Below are positions 42,446 through 52,018 of a stretch of DNA of 64,000 bases, piece by piece. The stretch comes from Candidatus Bathyarchaeota archaeon (lineage in GTDB: Archaea; Thermoproteota; Bathyarchaeia; 40CM-2-53-6). The notes under the pieces were generated by a model. That model was not told where the DNA came from and did no database searches. It worked only from the letters and a program-made list of their open reading frames with translations. The translations under genes and the position numbers were made by a program. The stretch spans positions 32,001 to 96,000 of the forward strand of contig CAWHWX010000004.1 of NCBI GenBank assembly GCA_963833125.1, in the 5' to 3' direction. How positions within the stretch are numbered: position 1 is the first letter of the stretch; each line of letters starts with the position of its first letter.

Positions 42446-43417
42446 GTGCATAGTGAGGTAAGTCCCAATAAATTTCCAAATGTCAACAAGGCTGTATTAG
42501 CCAGTTATGGACTCGTTGTCGCTCTGAGTCTGATATGGGGGCTCGCTTTTGTTGCCATCCGAAGGGCCGAATTCGAATTAAGCCCTCAAAATCTAACAGT
42601 GCTCAGGTGGCTCTTGGCGTCGGCTGGGTTCTTGGTGTTGGCTCCCATTTATGGGAGACCAAAGAAACCTCTTCAGAGGAAGCATGTCCCACGCTTGCTC
42701 CTCGTTTCTTTCGCGAGCGTCGTCGGTTATCATCTTTCACTAAACTACGCTGAAACGATCGTGTCCTCCGGCCTTGCCGGCCTCCTGATCTCCTTCGGTC
42801 CCATATTCATCGTCCTACTATCCTCCATCTTCCTGAAGGAAAAGATCGGAAAGAACTTGATATTGGCATTGGGGTTAGCGCTCGTTGGCGCAGCCATACT
42901 AACCATAAACACCGATCTCACATTCCAAACGATTACGGGGCCGTTTGCCGTCATACTAGCAGCATTCATGTACAGCGTTTACTCCGTTGGGTCAAAACCA
43001 TTGGTTCACGAATATGGACCCATTGCGGTCGCGATTTGGGCCGCGTTGATCGGTACCGTTTTCACTTTTCCATTAATCTCCTGGAATTTCTTTGTACAGA
43101 TCTCCACCCTATCTCTCGCTGGATGGTTTTCGGTCGCGTACCTAGCAATTATCAGCACGGTTATCGCAAACATGATACTCTACACTCTGATCGGTAGCCG
43201 CACAGTCTCTAGGCTTTCTGTGCAACTCTACTTGATTCCACTCGTAAGCTTGGTTGGAGGAATACTGTTGCTCGATGAGGCTTGGTCGATATTCACCATT
43301 ATTGGCGGATGCTTCTTGCTCGCTGGAACCGCCTCGCCACACACAAACATTAGCCTGCAAGTAATTGGAAGACGAATGACAATTATACTTCCCAGTTCCT
43401 GCTTACAGGCGGGTTGA
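42446..43417 (+). CDS. EamA/DMT family transporter (true stop may be near 43352 via an indel)
   Basis: IWGLAF, two EamA repeats, about 10 TM helices. Confidence 0.88.
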   Translation: MHSEVSPNKFPNVNKAVLASYGLVVALSLIWGLAFVAIRRAEFELSPQNLTVLRWLLASAGFLVLAPIYGRPKKPLQRKHVPRLLLVSFASVVGYHLSLNYAETIVSSGLAGLLISFGPIFIVLLSSIFLKEKIGKNLILALGLALVGAAILTINTDLTFQTITGPFAVILAAFMYSVYSVGSKPLVHEYGPIAVAIWAALIGTVFTFPLISWNFFVQISTLSLAGWFSVAYLAIISTVIANMILYTLIGSRTVSRLSVQLYLIPLVSLVGGILLLDEAWSIFTIIGGCFLLAGTASPHTNISLQVIGRRMTIILPSSCLQAG

Positions 43418-43420
43418 GTT

Positions 43421-43825
43421 TTGAATCTGGAAGATCGGATTTTGATTCTAGTACCCACACTGTTCTTTTTCATTACGGTCGCTTGGGGTTATCTGTTCCA
43501 GAATGTCATTTATGATGAGATTCAAGAGGCTGACCGTGCGCACTTCCAGAAAATGAAGACGCTCCTAGGTCCGCATTTTCATCAAGTCACGTATTCAGAC
43601 GCAATCTTCCTCTTCATGGTCAACGGCATAGTTTGGATCCTTCAATTGTATCGGTCGGGACTCGGTGTCATAGTAATGGTTACGGGCGTTATCCTATCCG
43701 TAACCGGGCTTTTGGTTAGTTTCATGTGGCGATACGAGCGCGGGAGCAATATCTCAAACTGGATTATGTTAGCTACGTTGATTGTGGCCGCGCTAGAATT
43801 CATCATGTTCATCTTCATCCCGTAA
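43421..43825 (+). CDS. hypothetical membrane protein
   Basis: 134 aa, about four TM helices. Confidence 0.55.
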   Translation: MNLEDRILILVPTLFFFITVAWGYLFQNVIYDEIQEADRAHFQKMKTLLGPHFHQVTYSDAIFLFMVNGIVWILQLYRSGLGVIVMVTGVILSVTGLLVSFMWRYERGSNISNWIMLATLIVAALEFIMFIFIP

Positions 43826-44022
43826 ACACTAATGGTTGGAAACTGAAAGCAGGATCACTCGACACGGAAAAACCGCCTTCACACCTAGGAAGATCCAAAT
43901 ATCGATTTTCTGAAGCCCATTTTCAAATGTTAAACCTCGGAGGCTTACTAGAGAAGAAACTGGTAAAGTAACTCAGTTTAGTCGGAAAAACTTCTTTAGC
44001 GCTACCAGTCGAAAACTGGGCC

Positions 44023-44715
44023 ATGTCCAACGTGCAACGTTCAGCATTTTCGGATTTCGTTAGGTTGATGCATCTCCCGCTCCCACTCTGCGTCCTGGCG
44101 TTTGCTACGATTGGCGCTGCTCTCTCTGAAAGAGTCTACTTGGATCGGTTGCTCCTAACTTACCTCGGAATCCTACTAGCCCTCTGCCTGGGAGCGTACA
44201 GCCTGGATGAACTCCACGGAAGGCCGTTGCATACACAATTCGGGGACACAACGCTTCGCTGCTTGGCTATTATTGGAATATCAGGCGGGGCCATAGTGGC
44301 CATTTACCTAACCTGGACGATTAATCTTGGAATTGGATTTCTCGCAGCGGCCGCGGCCTTCTTCGTCTTAGCGTACAATCTAGAACTCTTCGGTGGGCGA
44401 TTTCACAATGTGGGCTGGTTCGGCGTGAGCTGGGGTGGCTTGACAACATTCTCCGGCTACTACATCCAGTCCCCGACTATCACATTCCAACCTCTATTAG
44501 CGTCGTTGACGGCGGCGCTTCTAGGCATCAGCATTGTTCTTCTAACGCATAGATTTCGACCACAACAATTGTCCAAGAAACTTGGCACTATCCCAAACTC
44601 GGATATCATCGAATTCTCACGTTATGCACGAAAGTCCGTATGGACAGTCGTGCAATTGGAGTGTTATGCGATAATCGCGTTAGCTATTGGGTTGATTATT
44701 CCAAAACTAATCTGA
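44023..44715 (+). CDS. UbiA-superfamily-like membrane protein
   Basis: Multi-TM; LDELHGRPL in place of the Asp-rich motif; AYNLELFGGRFH. Confidence 0.6.
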   Translation: MSNVQRSAFSDFVRLMHLPLPLCVLAFATIGAALSERVYLDRLLLTYLGILLALCLGAYSLDELHGRPLHTQFGDTTLRCLAIIGISGGAIVAIYLTWTINLGIGFLAAAAAFFVLAYNLELFGGRFHNVGWFGVSWGGLTTFSGYYIQSPTITFQPLLASLTAALLGISIVLLTHRFRPQQLSKKLGTIPNSDIIEFSRYARKSVWTVVQLECYAIIALAIGLIIPKLI

Positions 44716-44721
44716 TGCGAG

Positions 44722-45453
44722 TTACTTTCGTGCCCCCACTAACGCCACGATCCCCAAACTCATTTTCTCCACCAATGTACTCCGAAAGCCTGCTTCCTCG
44801 AGAAGTTTGCATATCTCAGGCACCCGAGTCGAGACTAGGATCGTGTTTGCGAGGTAGATCAGCGTTCGGTTCCAGTAGATAGACACGATGCGGCCGAACG
44901 TTGGGAGGACGTGGAATATGTGAAAACGGTAAACCATCCACACGAAATTGTTGTCTGGGTGAACAAAATCAACCGAGAAGAACCATCCCAATCGCGTCAG
45001 GACCCGCAGGCTCTCTTTGAACACGGCTAGCTTGTTTGCAAAGTTACGCAACGCCAAGCCTATAGTAATGTAATTGAAGAAACCTTCACGGAACGGCAGT
45101 GATTCCCCCACTGCCCTAACGAACTCTATCGAACAGTTGCTCTGAGGCGTTGTGTTCTTTCGTCTGGCCACGCGAAGCATTGCGGGGCTTAGATCTAAGC
45201 CCACAATCAGGCTTCCTGTTCTTGCACGACGTCCAAGTTCGAATGTAACCAATCCCGTTCCACACGCGAGATCCAATACCATGATCTCGTTGCGAAAATC
45301 TATCTTAGATAACATCCTACCTCGCCAAACAGAGTCGAACGTGAAGGTCATTAAGTGAAGAAGCCGGTCATATTCAGTTTCGACATCGGTGAAGATGGTC
45401 TGAACGAACTTCACTTTTTCGACGAACTTGGTTGGGATTTCCATTAGGGACAT
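44722..45453 (-). CDS. UbiE/MenG-type methyltransferase
   Basis: YDRLLHLMTF..DSVWR, LDLACGTG, GLDLSPAML, ALRN, RVL. Confidence 0.85.
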   Translation of the reverse strand: MSLMEIPTKFVEKVKFVQTIFTDVETEYDRLLHLMTFTFDSVWRGRMLSKIDFRNEIMVLDLACGTGLVTFELGRRARTGSLIVGLDLSPAMLRVARRKNTTPQSNCSIEFVRAVGESLPFREGFFNYITIGLALRNFANKLAVFKESLRVLTRLGWFFSVDFVHPDNNFVWMVYRFHIFHVLPTFGRIVSIYWNRTLIYLANTILVSTRVPEICKLLEEAGFRSTLVEKMSLGIVALVGARK

Positions 45454-45523
45454 GACCTGAAAGTTGACTCCAGGCGAGGGAACGGTTAAGTTGGGCAATT
45501 AGTCAGCTAACATCTGTTTAACC

Positions 45524-46534
45524 ATGTATCAGATTGAGGAAGCTAAGGTCATCGAGGAGATAAGAAGGCGCGGCTCAAAACGCGTCCTCCTCCAAATGCC
45601 CGAGGGCCTAAAACCGATTGGGTTCAAGCTCGCGAGGCTTCTTGAGAAGAAAGGGGAAGTTGAGGTCTTTGTCTCGGGCGACCCATGCTATGGGGCTTGC
45701 GACCTCGCATTAACCCCGAAGGCACACATTGACGCCGATCTGCTTGTGCATATCGGCCACGCGGAGATACCGGGTGAGTTTCCTGAAGAGAGCGTCCTGT
45801 ACGTGGAGGCGCACGCCGACGAGCCTGTAGATGAACCGATGAAACAGGCCGTAAACATGTTAGGAAACGAGCATCGGATCGGCCTTGCATCAAACATTCA
45901 ACACATCCATCAACTTGGCAAGGCGAAGGAAATTCTGGAGAGTGGTGGAAAGGAAGTGGTAATTGGGAGAGCGTCAGGCTGGCTGCGATATCCCGGTCAG
46001 GTGCTGGGTTGTGATTATGGGAGCGTTCGGGCGATCGCGGAGAAGGTGGATGCTATCGTCGTGTTGAGCGGAGGAGACTTTCACGCCCTCGGGATACCGT
46101 TAGCAACGGGCAAACGGACAATCGTAGTCGATCCCTTTCAGCAAACGGCCAAGGACATGACCGAAGACTGCCGCAGGCTGCTCAGGAAGAGGTGGATCAA
46201 CATCGAGAGGTTCAAGGAGACGAAGAGAGTAGGTATCATTGTAGGAATGAAGAGCAGTCAAATGAATATCGCCCTAGCACGGCGTCTGAAGGAACTGCTG
46301 GAGGCGAACGGGCAGTCGACGATTCTCATATGCGCGGCAGAGGTGATTCCTGAAACCCTCGAGTCATTCACAGACCTTGAAGCATACGTGGAGATCTCGT
46401 GTCCACGAATCAGCACCGATGACCAAGAAAGGTATCGCAAACCAATGCTGAACCCTGAAGAGGTCATGATAGCGCTCGGCAAGAAAAGTTGGGAAGAGTA
46501 CACGAAGGGTATGACGTTGGAAGAATGGCACTAA
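45524..46534 (+). CDS. dph2: 2-(3-amino-3-carboxypropyl)histidine synthase Dph2
   Basis: LQMPEGL, PCYGACD, GQVLGC, SCPRI. Confidence 0.95.
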   Translation: MYQIEEAKVIEEIRRRGSKRVLLQMPEGLKPIGFKLARLLEKKGEVEVFVSGDPCYGACDLALTPKAHIDADLLVHIGHAEIPGEFPEESVLYVEAHADEPVDEPMKQAVNMLGNEHRIGLASNIQHIHQLGKAKEILESGGKEVVIGRASGWLRYPGQVLGCDYGSVRAIAEKVDAIVVLSGGDFHALGIPLATGKRTIVVDPFQQTAKDMTEDCRRLLRKRWINIERFKETKRVGIIVGMKSSQMNIALARRLKELLEANGQSTILICAAEVIPETLESFTDLEAYVEISCPRISTDDQERYRKPMLNPEEVMIALGKKSWEEYTKGMTLEEWH

Positions 46535-47169
46535 GGCAAGTTGCCTTGCCCACCAGACCGATCAAGATTCGCAAAAAGGATCTGGCGATTGCATTACAGG
46601 GAGTGAACCCTCACCCGAAACCCGAAGTTGCCCTCGAACAATACACAATCCCAGCCGATCTGGCCGCCGAAATTCTCTTCACGGCTTGCTACACTTACGA
46701 TAACATCCAAGAGAAAAATGTCCTCGATCTTGGAACCGGAACGGGTAGACTAGCGTTGGGCGCCTCGGTTCTCGGTGCAAGGGTCGTTGTTGGTGTTGAC
46801 TTAGACGCTTCAAGTATTCGTGTCGCATCACAAAGCGCGAACGTTCTTGGTGTAGAGGCGGGTTGGGTTGTCGGAGACATCGGGATCATTCGAGGTTCCT
46901 TTGACACGGTTCTCATGAACCCTCCTTTCGGCACCAAGCAACCTCACATGGACATTCAGTTCCTAGAATGCGCCCAGAATCTAGCGCCCGTCATCTACAG
47001 TATTCATAAGTCCACAACACGCAACTTTCTTGGACAATGGTTCCAAAACCACGCACTCAAAGAGGAACGAATCATGAGCACAAAGATGGAGATACCGCAT
47101 CAATTTTCCTTTCACAGAAAACCGAAACGGTTCGTTGAGGTAGATGTGTTCCGAATCCTCCGAACTTAA
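46525..47169 (+). CDS. METTL5-family N6-adenine methyltransferase
   Basis: LEQY, DLGTGTG, MNPPFG, YSIHK. Confidence 0.9.
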   Translation: MALRQVALPTRPIKIRKKDLAIALQGVNPHPKPEVALEQYTIPADLAAEILFTACYTYDNIQEKNVLDLGTGTGRLALGASVLGARVVVGVDLDASSIRVASQSANVLGVEAGWVVGDIGIIRGSFDTVLMNPPFGTKQPHMDIQFLECAQNLAPVIYSIHKSTTRNFLGQWFQNHALKEERIMSTKMEIPHQFSFHRKPKRFVEVDVFRILRT

Positions 47170-47291
47170 CGGGAATTTGAACCGGTGCTTATATAGTAGG
47201 TTGCAGCTATCACTCGCGAATCTCCGCAATCATCGATCTTCAATCGGTATGCGATCATCAGAGGCGTGATTGCGTGGTAAGGTAATGAGGT

Positions 47292-47888
47292 TTGAGTAAG
47301 ACACCAAATGAAATGATTCAACCGGTACTACCGGGCGATAAGATAGGCGTCATAGAACAATTCTTGCCCGGTGCCGGGACATATGAAACTGAGGGCACAA
47401 TATTCGCAAACTACACGGGTAATGCACGGATCGACCTAAAGAACAAGAGAGTAACGGTTGTGCCTGCGACACGAACAGTACTACTTCCGAAGGAAGGAAC
47501 GACAGTCATTGCTTCCGTAATTCATACCCAAGAGAAGATGGCTACCGTAAGCATCTGGAAAATTGATGACAAGGCCATCCAGACCCCCTTCACAGCAATA
47601 CTTCACATTTCATCCTCCAGCCCACGTTATGAACAAAGCATGTCGGATGTTTGTAAGGCTGGAGACATCATTCGCGCTCGAGTAATCGACATGACTAACC
47701 GCATCCCACAACTAACAACAGCGGGACGAGGGTTAGGAGTAATCAAGGCGTTCTGTTCAAATTGCGGAAGCGTACTGGAGTTCACGAACCGGAAATTGCA
47801 ATGTCCCTCGTGTGGAAACATTGAAAGGAGAAGACTCGCGGAAGATCTAATGAAACCAGAGGTAGAGGTGGAGAGAAGTGGAAGTTAA
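47292..47888 (+). CDS. csl4: exosome RNA-binding subunit Csl4
   Basis: VLPGD, GDIIRARV, LGVIKAFCSNCG...CPSCGNIERRR. Confidence 0.92.
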   Translation: MSKTPNEMIQPVLPGDKIGVIEQFLPGAGTYETEGTIFANYTGNARIDLKNKRVTVVPATRTVLLPKEGTTVIASVIHTQEKMATVSIWKIDDKAIQTPFTAILHISSSSPRYEQSMSDVCKAGDIIRARVIDMTNRIPQLTTAGRGLGVIKAFCSNCGSVLEFTNRKLQCPSCGNIERRRLAEDLMKPEVEVERSGS

Positions 47889-48162
47889 GGTTCTATCAAA
47901 GTCGAAAAACGAGCTTAGGCTCGAAATAGTCGGCGAGGACCACACGTTCTGCAATCTACTACAGAACGTTCTGCTCGGAGACAAAAACGTTGAACTGGCT
48001 GGCTACGATCAACCACATCCCCTCATTCGTTCGAGCATCATTTACGTTAGAACGAAACGCGAAGTGTCACCTGAGAAAACATTGTTAAACGCACTCGCAA
48101 ACGTACAGGAACTCAACAAGGAATTCAATGAGAAATTCGCCAAGGCCGTCGAGCCTAGCTGA
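47878..48162 (+). CDS. rpo11: RNA polymerase subunit Rpo11 (L)
   Basis: GEDHTFCNLL, AGYDQPHPL. Confidence 0.95.
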   Translation: MEVKVLSKSKNELRLEIVGEDHTFCNLLQNVLLGDKNVELAGYDQPHPLIRSSIIYVRTKREVSPEKTLLNALANVQELNKEFNEKFAKAVEPS

Positions 48163-48530
48163 TGAGTACTGCAGAACCAATTCAACACGTCATGCGCGAT
48201 CGACAGCTGGCAAGCTTGGGAGACGCTTTCATTAACTTCGTATACTCCCTAGCCCTAACCCAGGCTAACGGCTACCCCAAAGGCGTGAAAGTCAGCGACA
48301 AGATCCTATCCGAAGCCTTCAAGCAAGCCGGCCTAAGACAATACCTAGGGACACGATTATCAAAGAAGGACCTCGCAAACGCTTCCGAATCGCTACTGAT
48401 GGAAGCTTACCGCAATCAACTCCTAACGATCGAAGAAAGCGTTCGGGTCCTAAGCCAAAACCCGGATGGGCCTCAAGCAGGATTAACCGACCTCCTGAAA
48501 CTAGCTGCGGAACGTCTTCCGCGGGCGTAG
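48162..48530 (+). CDS. archaeal RNase III-like family protein
   Basis: LASLGDAFINFVYSLA, KV...LSEA; conserved position after rpo11. Confidence 0.8.
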   Translation: MSTAEPIQHVMRDRQLASLGDAFINFVYSLALTQANGYPKGVKVSDKILSEAFKQAGLRQYLGTRLSKKDLANASESLLMEAYRNQLLTIEESVRVLSQNPDGPQAGLTDLLKLAAERLPRA

Positions 48531-48540
48531 CGGTTAGAGG

Positions 48541-49057
48541 TTGATTAAGAAAGAAGCTAGAATACTGGGCTTAAGCGCAGCCCGCAAAGGTCGCACAATC
48601 CTAGTCGTCGGTGTAGTCTTCAGGGGCTGCTTATGGCTAGACGGGGTAATCAGCTGTACCCTAGAAATGGACTCAGAAAAACCAGAACTCAACGTTATCT
48701 GGAGTTATCAAGGGTTCGAAACAATATTCACAGCTTCATGCAATAATCTTGAAAAAACCATTCGTTGCTGGCTGGAAAGTAAACCTAGCCGATTTAGCTC
48801 GCCGCGTGAAGCTTCCAGTAATCGCGACCACCAAACGACGCATGACGAGGGCGCGGGGGATCCAAGGCTATGATATCATCGTCAATAGACACCATGTTTC
48901 AGTTTGGGCGGTCGGGATCCATAGAGAGGATGCGGAACAATTGCTCAACGTAGCTTGTACTCCCACCAGCACCATACCGGAGGCGGTTAGGATTGCAGAT
49001 TTACTGGTTGAAGAAGCTTCGACGCGTAGGTTTTCTCGCCCAACGGCGAAAGGTTAA
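48541..49057 (+). CDS. DUF99 / endonuclease dU family protein (frameshift; divergent)
   Basis: IKKEARILG, VGVVFRG..WLDGV, second frame LPVI...IPEAVRIA. Confidence 0.7.
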
Positions 49058-49107
49058 GATTACCAAAAACCATTCCGGCGCCCAAGACTCTTAAGCTCGT
49101 AGGGATT

Positions 49108-49494
49108 ATGGATATCTCCGGAGACTTTGAGGCTTTGTCAACACTCATATCTCCTGAAGAAGTTTTTCAGCTTCACCCAAAGATTAGGTGGGCGTCATTC
49201 TCGACCGAGTCCGGCAGAATCGCGTTCTCTCAAATGCGGCCGGGTCTTACAAGCTATACTCCCGAAAAGGACGATAGGGCGTTCATGGAGTTCGGGCCTC
49301 AGTTGATGACAGGTATCGCTGAACGACTCTCTCCAACCGGCGGCGCTGGAAAGGTTCAAAGCCTCATCGTAAACCTCGAGAAAGACTCCGTACTCCTAGC
49401 ACCGCTCAGAGGTGGGTATCTAGCTCTCTCAGCAGATAGAGCCGACGCGGCTGCCGTGTTCAAAGAAGTCGAACCTATGATTCGGCGACTATGA
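49108..49494 (+). CDS. hypothetical protein (roadblock/longin-like fold possible)
   Basis: KIRWASF...GRI...MRPGL pattern; 128 aa. Confidence 0.6.
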   Translation: MDISGDFEALSTLISPEEVFQLHPKIRWASFSTESGRIAFSQMRPGLTSYTPEKDDRAFMEFGPQLMTGIAERLSPTGGAGKVQSLIVNLEKDSVLLAPLRGGYLALSADRADAAAVFKEVEPMIRRL

Positions 49495-49705
49495 ATAACC
49501 CTCGCTGAACATTCCCTCTCCACATTACTCATTTTCATGATGCTCATGCGGTTTTCAGTAGTCTATATCGTGTGGAATCGAAAGAAGACGGCGCGGTAGC
49601 CCGTTGGGTGAAGTCAAACACGCGCTTTGTTGAGTCAAGACGAGCCGAAATCAAGCAACGCTTAAATGGAACTCGTATTGATTGGCTCGCTGGTCGTTAT
49701 CAAAA

Positions 49706-50028
49706 GTGCAGTTTTGCCCGAAGTGCGGCCTCCGCTTCTGCCCACCAAGAAACAGAAGACGGTTGTGCTTAGCTGTCCAAAATGCGGCTACGAAACCCAC
49801 CGTTCAGACCGCACCGTGCAGAAACTTGAGCAACAGAAGGAGAACGTAGTCGTGATCGGCAAGGAGGAACAGAAGATTCGAACCTTGCCTAAGACAAAGG
49901 TTGATTGTCCGAAGTGCGGGCATAAGGAAGCATTCTACTGGTTGGTTCAAACCCGTGGCGCTGACGAATCGTCAACGCAGTTTTTCCGGTGCACGAGCTG
50001 CGGAACAACCTGGCGAGAAAATTCCTAG
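49706..50028 (+). CDS. tfs: transcription factor S (frameshift near 49735)
   Basis: GTG-QFCPKCG at 49706; C-terminal CPKCG...QTRGADESSTQFFRCTSCG. Confidence 0.93.
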
Positions 50029-50113
50029 GACCTCCAGTTCCGGCTGCCACCGCTCAATTAAAATGCGTAGGCTTGGCTCACTAGGGCACATTCGAATACT
50101 CGGTGGTTAATGA

Positions 50114-50866
50114 TTGTTCAAGGCAACGATTAGTGATGCTAGACTTTGGAGGAATATGCTTGCCGCCATATCAACGCTGATCGAGGAGGCGGACGTTAAC
50201 GCTTCGCCCGAAGGCATCAAACTCCGCTCGATGGATCCATCCCATGTGGCCATGGTTGACTTTGAATGGAACAAATCCGCGTTCGAAGAGTACACTTGCC
50301 TTCAGCCCACAAAAATACGGCTTAACGTAACCGACATTGTCAAGAAACTTAGGGGCGCAGGACAAGAACCACTCGAAATGTCATACGACGAAACAACCCG
50401 CAAACTGAACATGGTCATCAAGGGTAAGTGGAAGACAACATTCACACTCCCAACCCTCGATCCAGGCGATGAGGAAGTCCCGACACCTAAGATTGCTTTC
50501 AACACGAAAATCAAGATGATTAGCTCAAGTTTCAAAGACATAATCGACCAGATTCAAACCGTCAGCGACAACGTTAGATTCGAGACAACTTCGGACAAAT
50601 TTATCGCCGAAGCGGTTACGGAACTGAGTGGAGCGAAGATCGAATTGGAGAAGGGTAGCGATGTTCTGTTGGAACTTGAGGCAAAGGAACCTTGCAAGGC
50701 AACATACAACCTCAACTACCTCGCGGAAATATCGAAAGCCGGATCATCGGCCGCGGAACTCGTGACGCTTGAGTTCTCAACGAATATGCCGGTAAAACTG
50801 GAGTATGAAATGCCACAGCAAGGCAAGCTGCTCTACTTCCTCGCACCAAGAATTGAAGCGGAGTAG
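50114..50866 (+). CDS. pcn: PCNA sliding clamp
   Basis: MDPSHVAMVD, YNLNYL, YFLAPRIE. Confidence 0.96.
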   Translation: MFKATISDARLWRNMLAAISTLIEEADVNASPEGIKLRSMDPSHVAMVDFEWNKSAFEEYTCLQPTKIRLNVTDIVKKLRGAGQEPLEMSYDETTRKLNMVIKGKWKTTFTLPTLDPGDEEVPTPKIAFNTKIKMISSSFKDIIDQIQTVSDNVRFETTSDKFIAEAVTELSGAKIELEKGSDVLLELEAKEPCKATYNLNYLAEISKAGSSAAELVTLEFSTNMPVKLEYEMPQQGKLLYFLAPRIEAE

Positions 50867-50941
50867 ACGCCTTAACCCCCAAATGTACGAACTCTTGCAG
50901 TTGTATTTCATTGCGTAGAGGCGGTTAGCACGCAGACGCTT

Positions 50942-52015
50942 CTGACGAAGCTCGATCTTGCAAAGTTCCCATTCACGTCAGAGGCGTCGAGCTACATAAG
51001 GTCTCGAAGCATCGACCCTATAGAGTTGACTCGACCGGAACTGGTCCCAATCCTTGAGCGTGCGATGGAACGAATTAGACAGGGTGTGTTCACTGGGAAA
51101 ATATCGGCTGACTTGACACAGGAAGATGTCGACATCCTCGCGTACCCAACCGCGTTGATGTTGATTAGTTCGGTTGGGGACGATAGGACTCGACGGCGGT
51201 ATGCACTTGCCGAGGCTAAGCGAGCGTACGAGCTGCTCCGGTATGAAAATCCTGAAAAATTGCTTCAGATCGCCACTGGTTCCTTCAGTTGGGATGCGAA
51301 GCTGATTGAAAGGGATGTAGGAGAGACACATTTCGAGTTTGCGCTGCACTTTAGTTTCTACGTGCGGAATTCTGCTAGAATTCACGATTTGAGGTGGAAA
51401 CTAGTCAACCGAGTGCTGACGGGAGGGTACGTTCTCCTTCCCCGCGAGGACTTCGCCAGGCTTCTCGAAGAGGAGGTTCAGGGACGGGTTCTTGAGAAAA
51501 CAGCCGACAAAACCGTGGCACTGCCTGACGAGCTTGCGCGACGAGTCGAACCGCTCAGTTCCATGCTGAAGGCTAGGTCTCAATATCTGGCTACGGATGA
51601 AATGCCGCATGCGGTTATGGCTTCAGCGATGCCTCCTTGTATGAAGAACCTGCTCAGCCTTCTTCAGACTAGCAAGCACATATCGCACATGGGGCGTTTC
51701 GCTATGGCCGCCTTCCTACTCAACATAGGAACCAATGAGGACGATCTCCTCAAAATGTTCAAAGCGTTCAGCGATTTCGATGAACGCATCGCACGTTATC
51801 AGGTGGAACACATAGCAGGTAAACGTGGCTCCAGAAGACAGTACACGGCGCCTAACTGCGCCACAATGCGGACACACGGCCTATGCGTCAACCCAGACGA
51901 ATTGTGCGCGAGCATAACCCATCCTCTATCCTACTACCGAAGGAAGTCAAGATTCCTCATGCGTCGGGAACGAAACAAACCCAATCGCGAACAACCTCGA
52001 AGAACCAGGGATTAA
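50942..52015 (+). CDS. priL: DNA primase large subunit (start non-canonical/uncertain)
   Basis: DLAKFPF upstream of the called start, WKLVNR, PPC, H.GRF, YQVEHIAG, C..MRTHGLC, HPLSYY. Confidence 0.93.
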   Translation: MTKLDLAKFPFTSEASSYIRSRSIDPIELTRPELVPILERAMERIRQGVFTGKISADLTQEDVDILAYPTALMLISSVGDDRTRRRYALAEAKRAYELLRYENPEKLLQIATGSFSWDAKLIERDVGETHFEFALHFSFYVRNSARIHDLRWKLVNRVLTGGYVLLPREDFARLLEEEVQGRVLEKTADKTVALPDELARRVEPLSSMLKARSQYLATDEMPHAVMASAMPPCMKNLLSLLQTSKHISHMGRFAMAAFLLNIGTNEDDLLKMFKAFSDFDERIARYQVEHIAGKRGSRRQYTAPNCATMRTHGLCVNPDELCASITHPLSYYRRKSRFLMRRERNKPNREQPRRTRD

Positions 52016-52018
52016 TCA

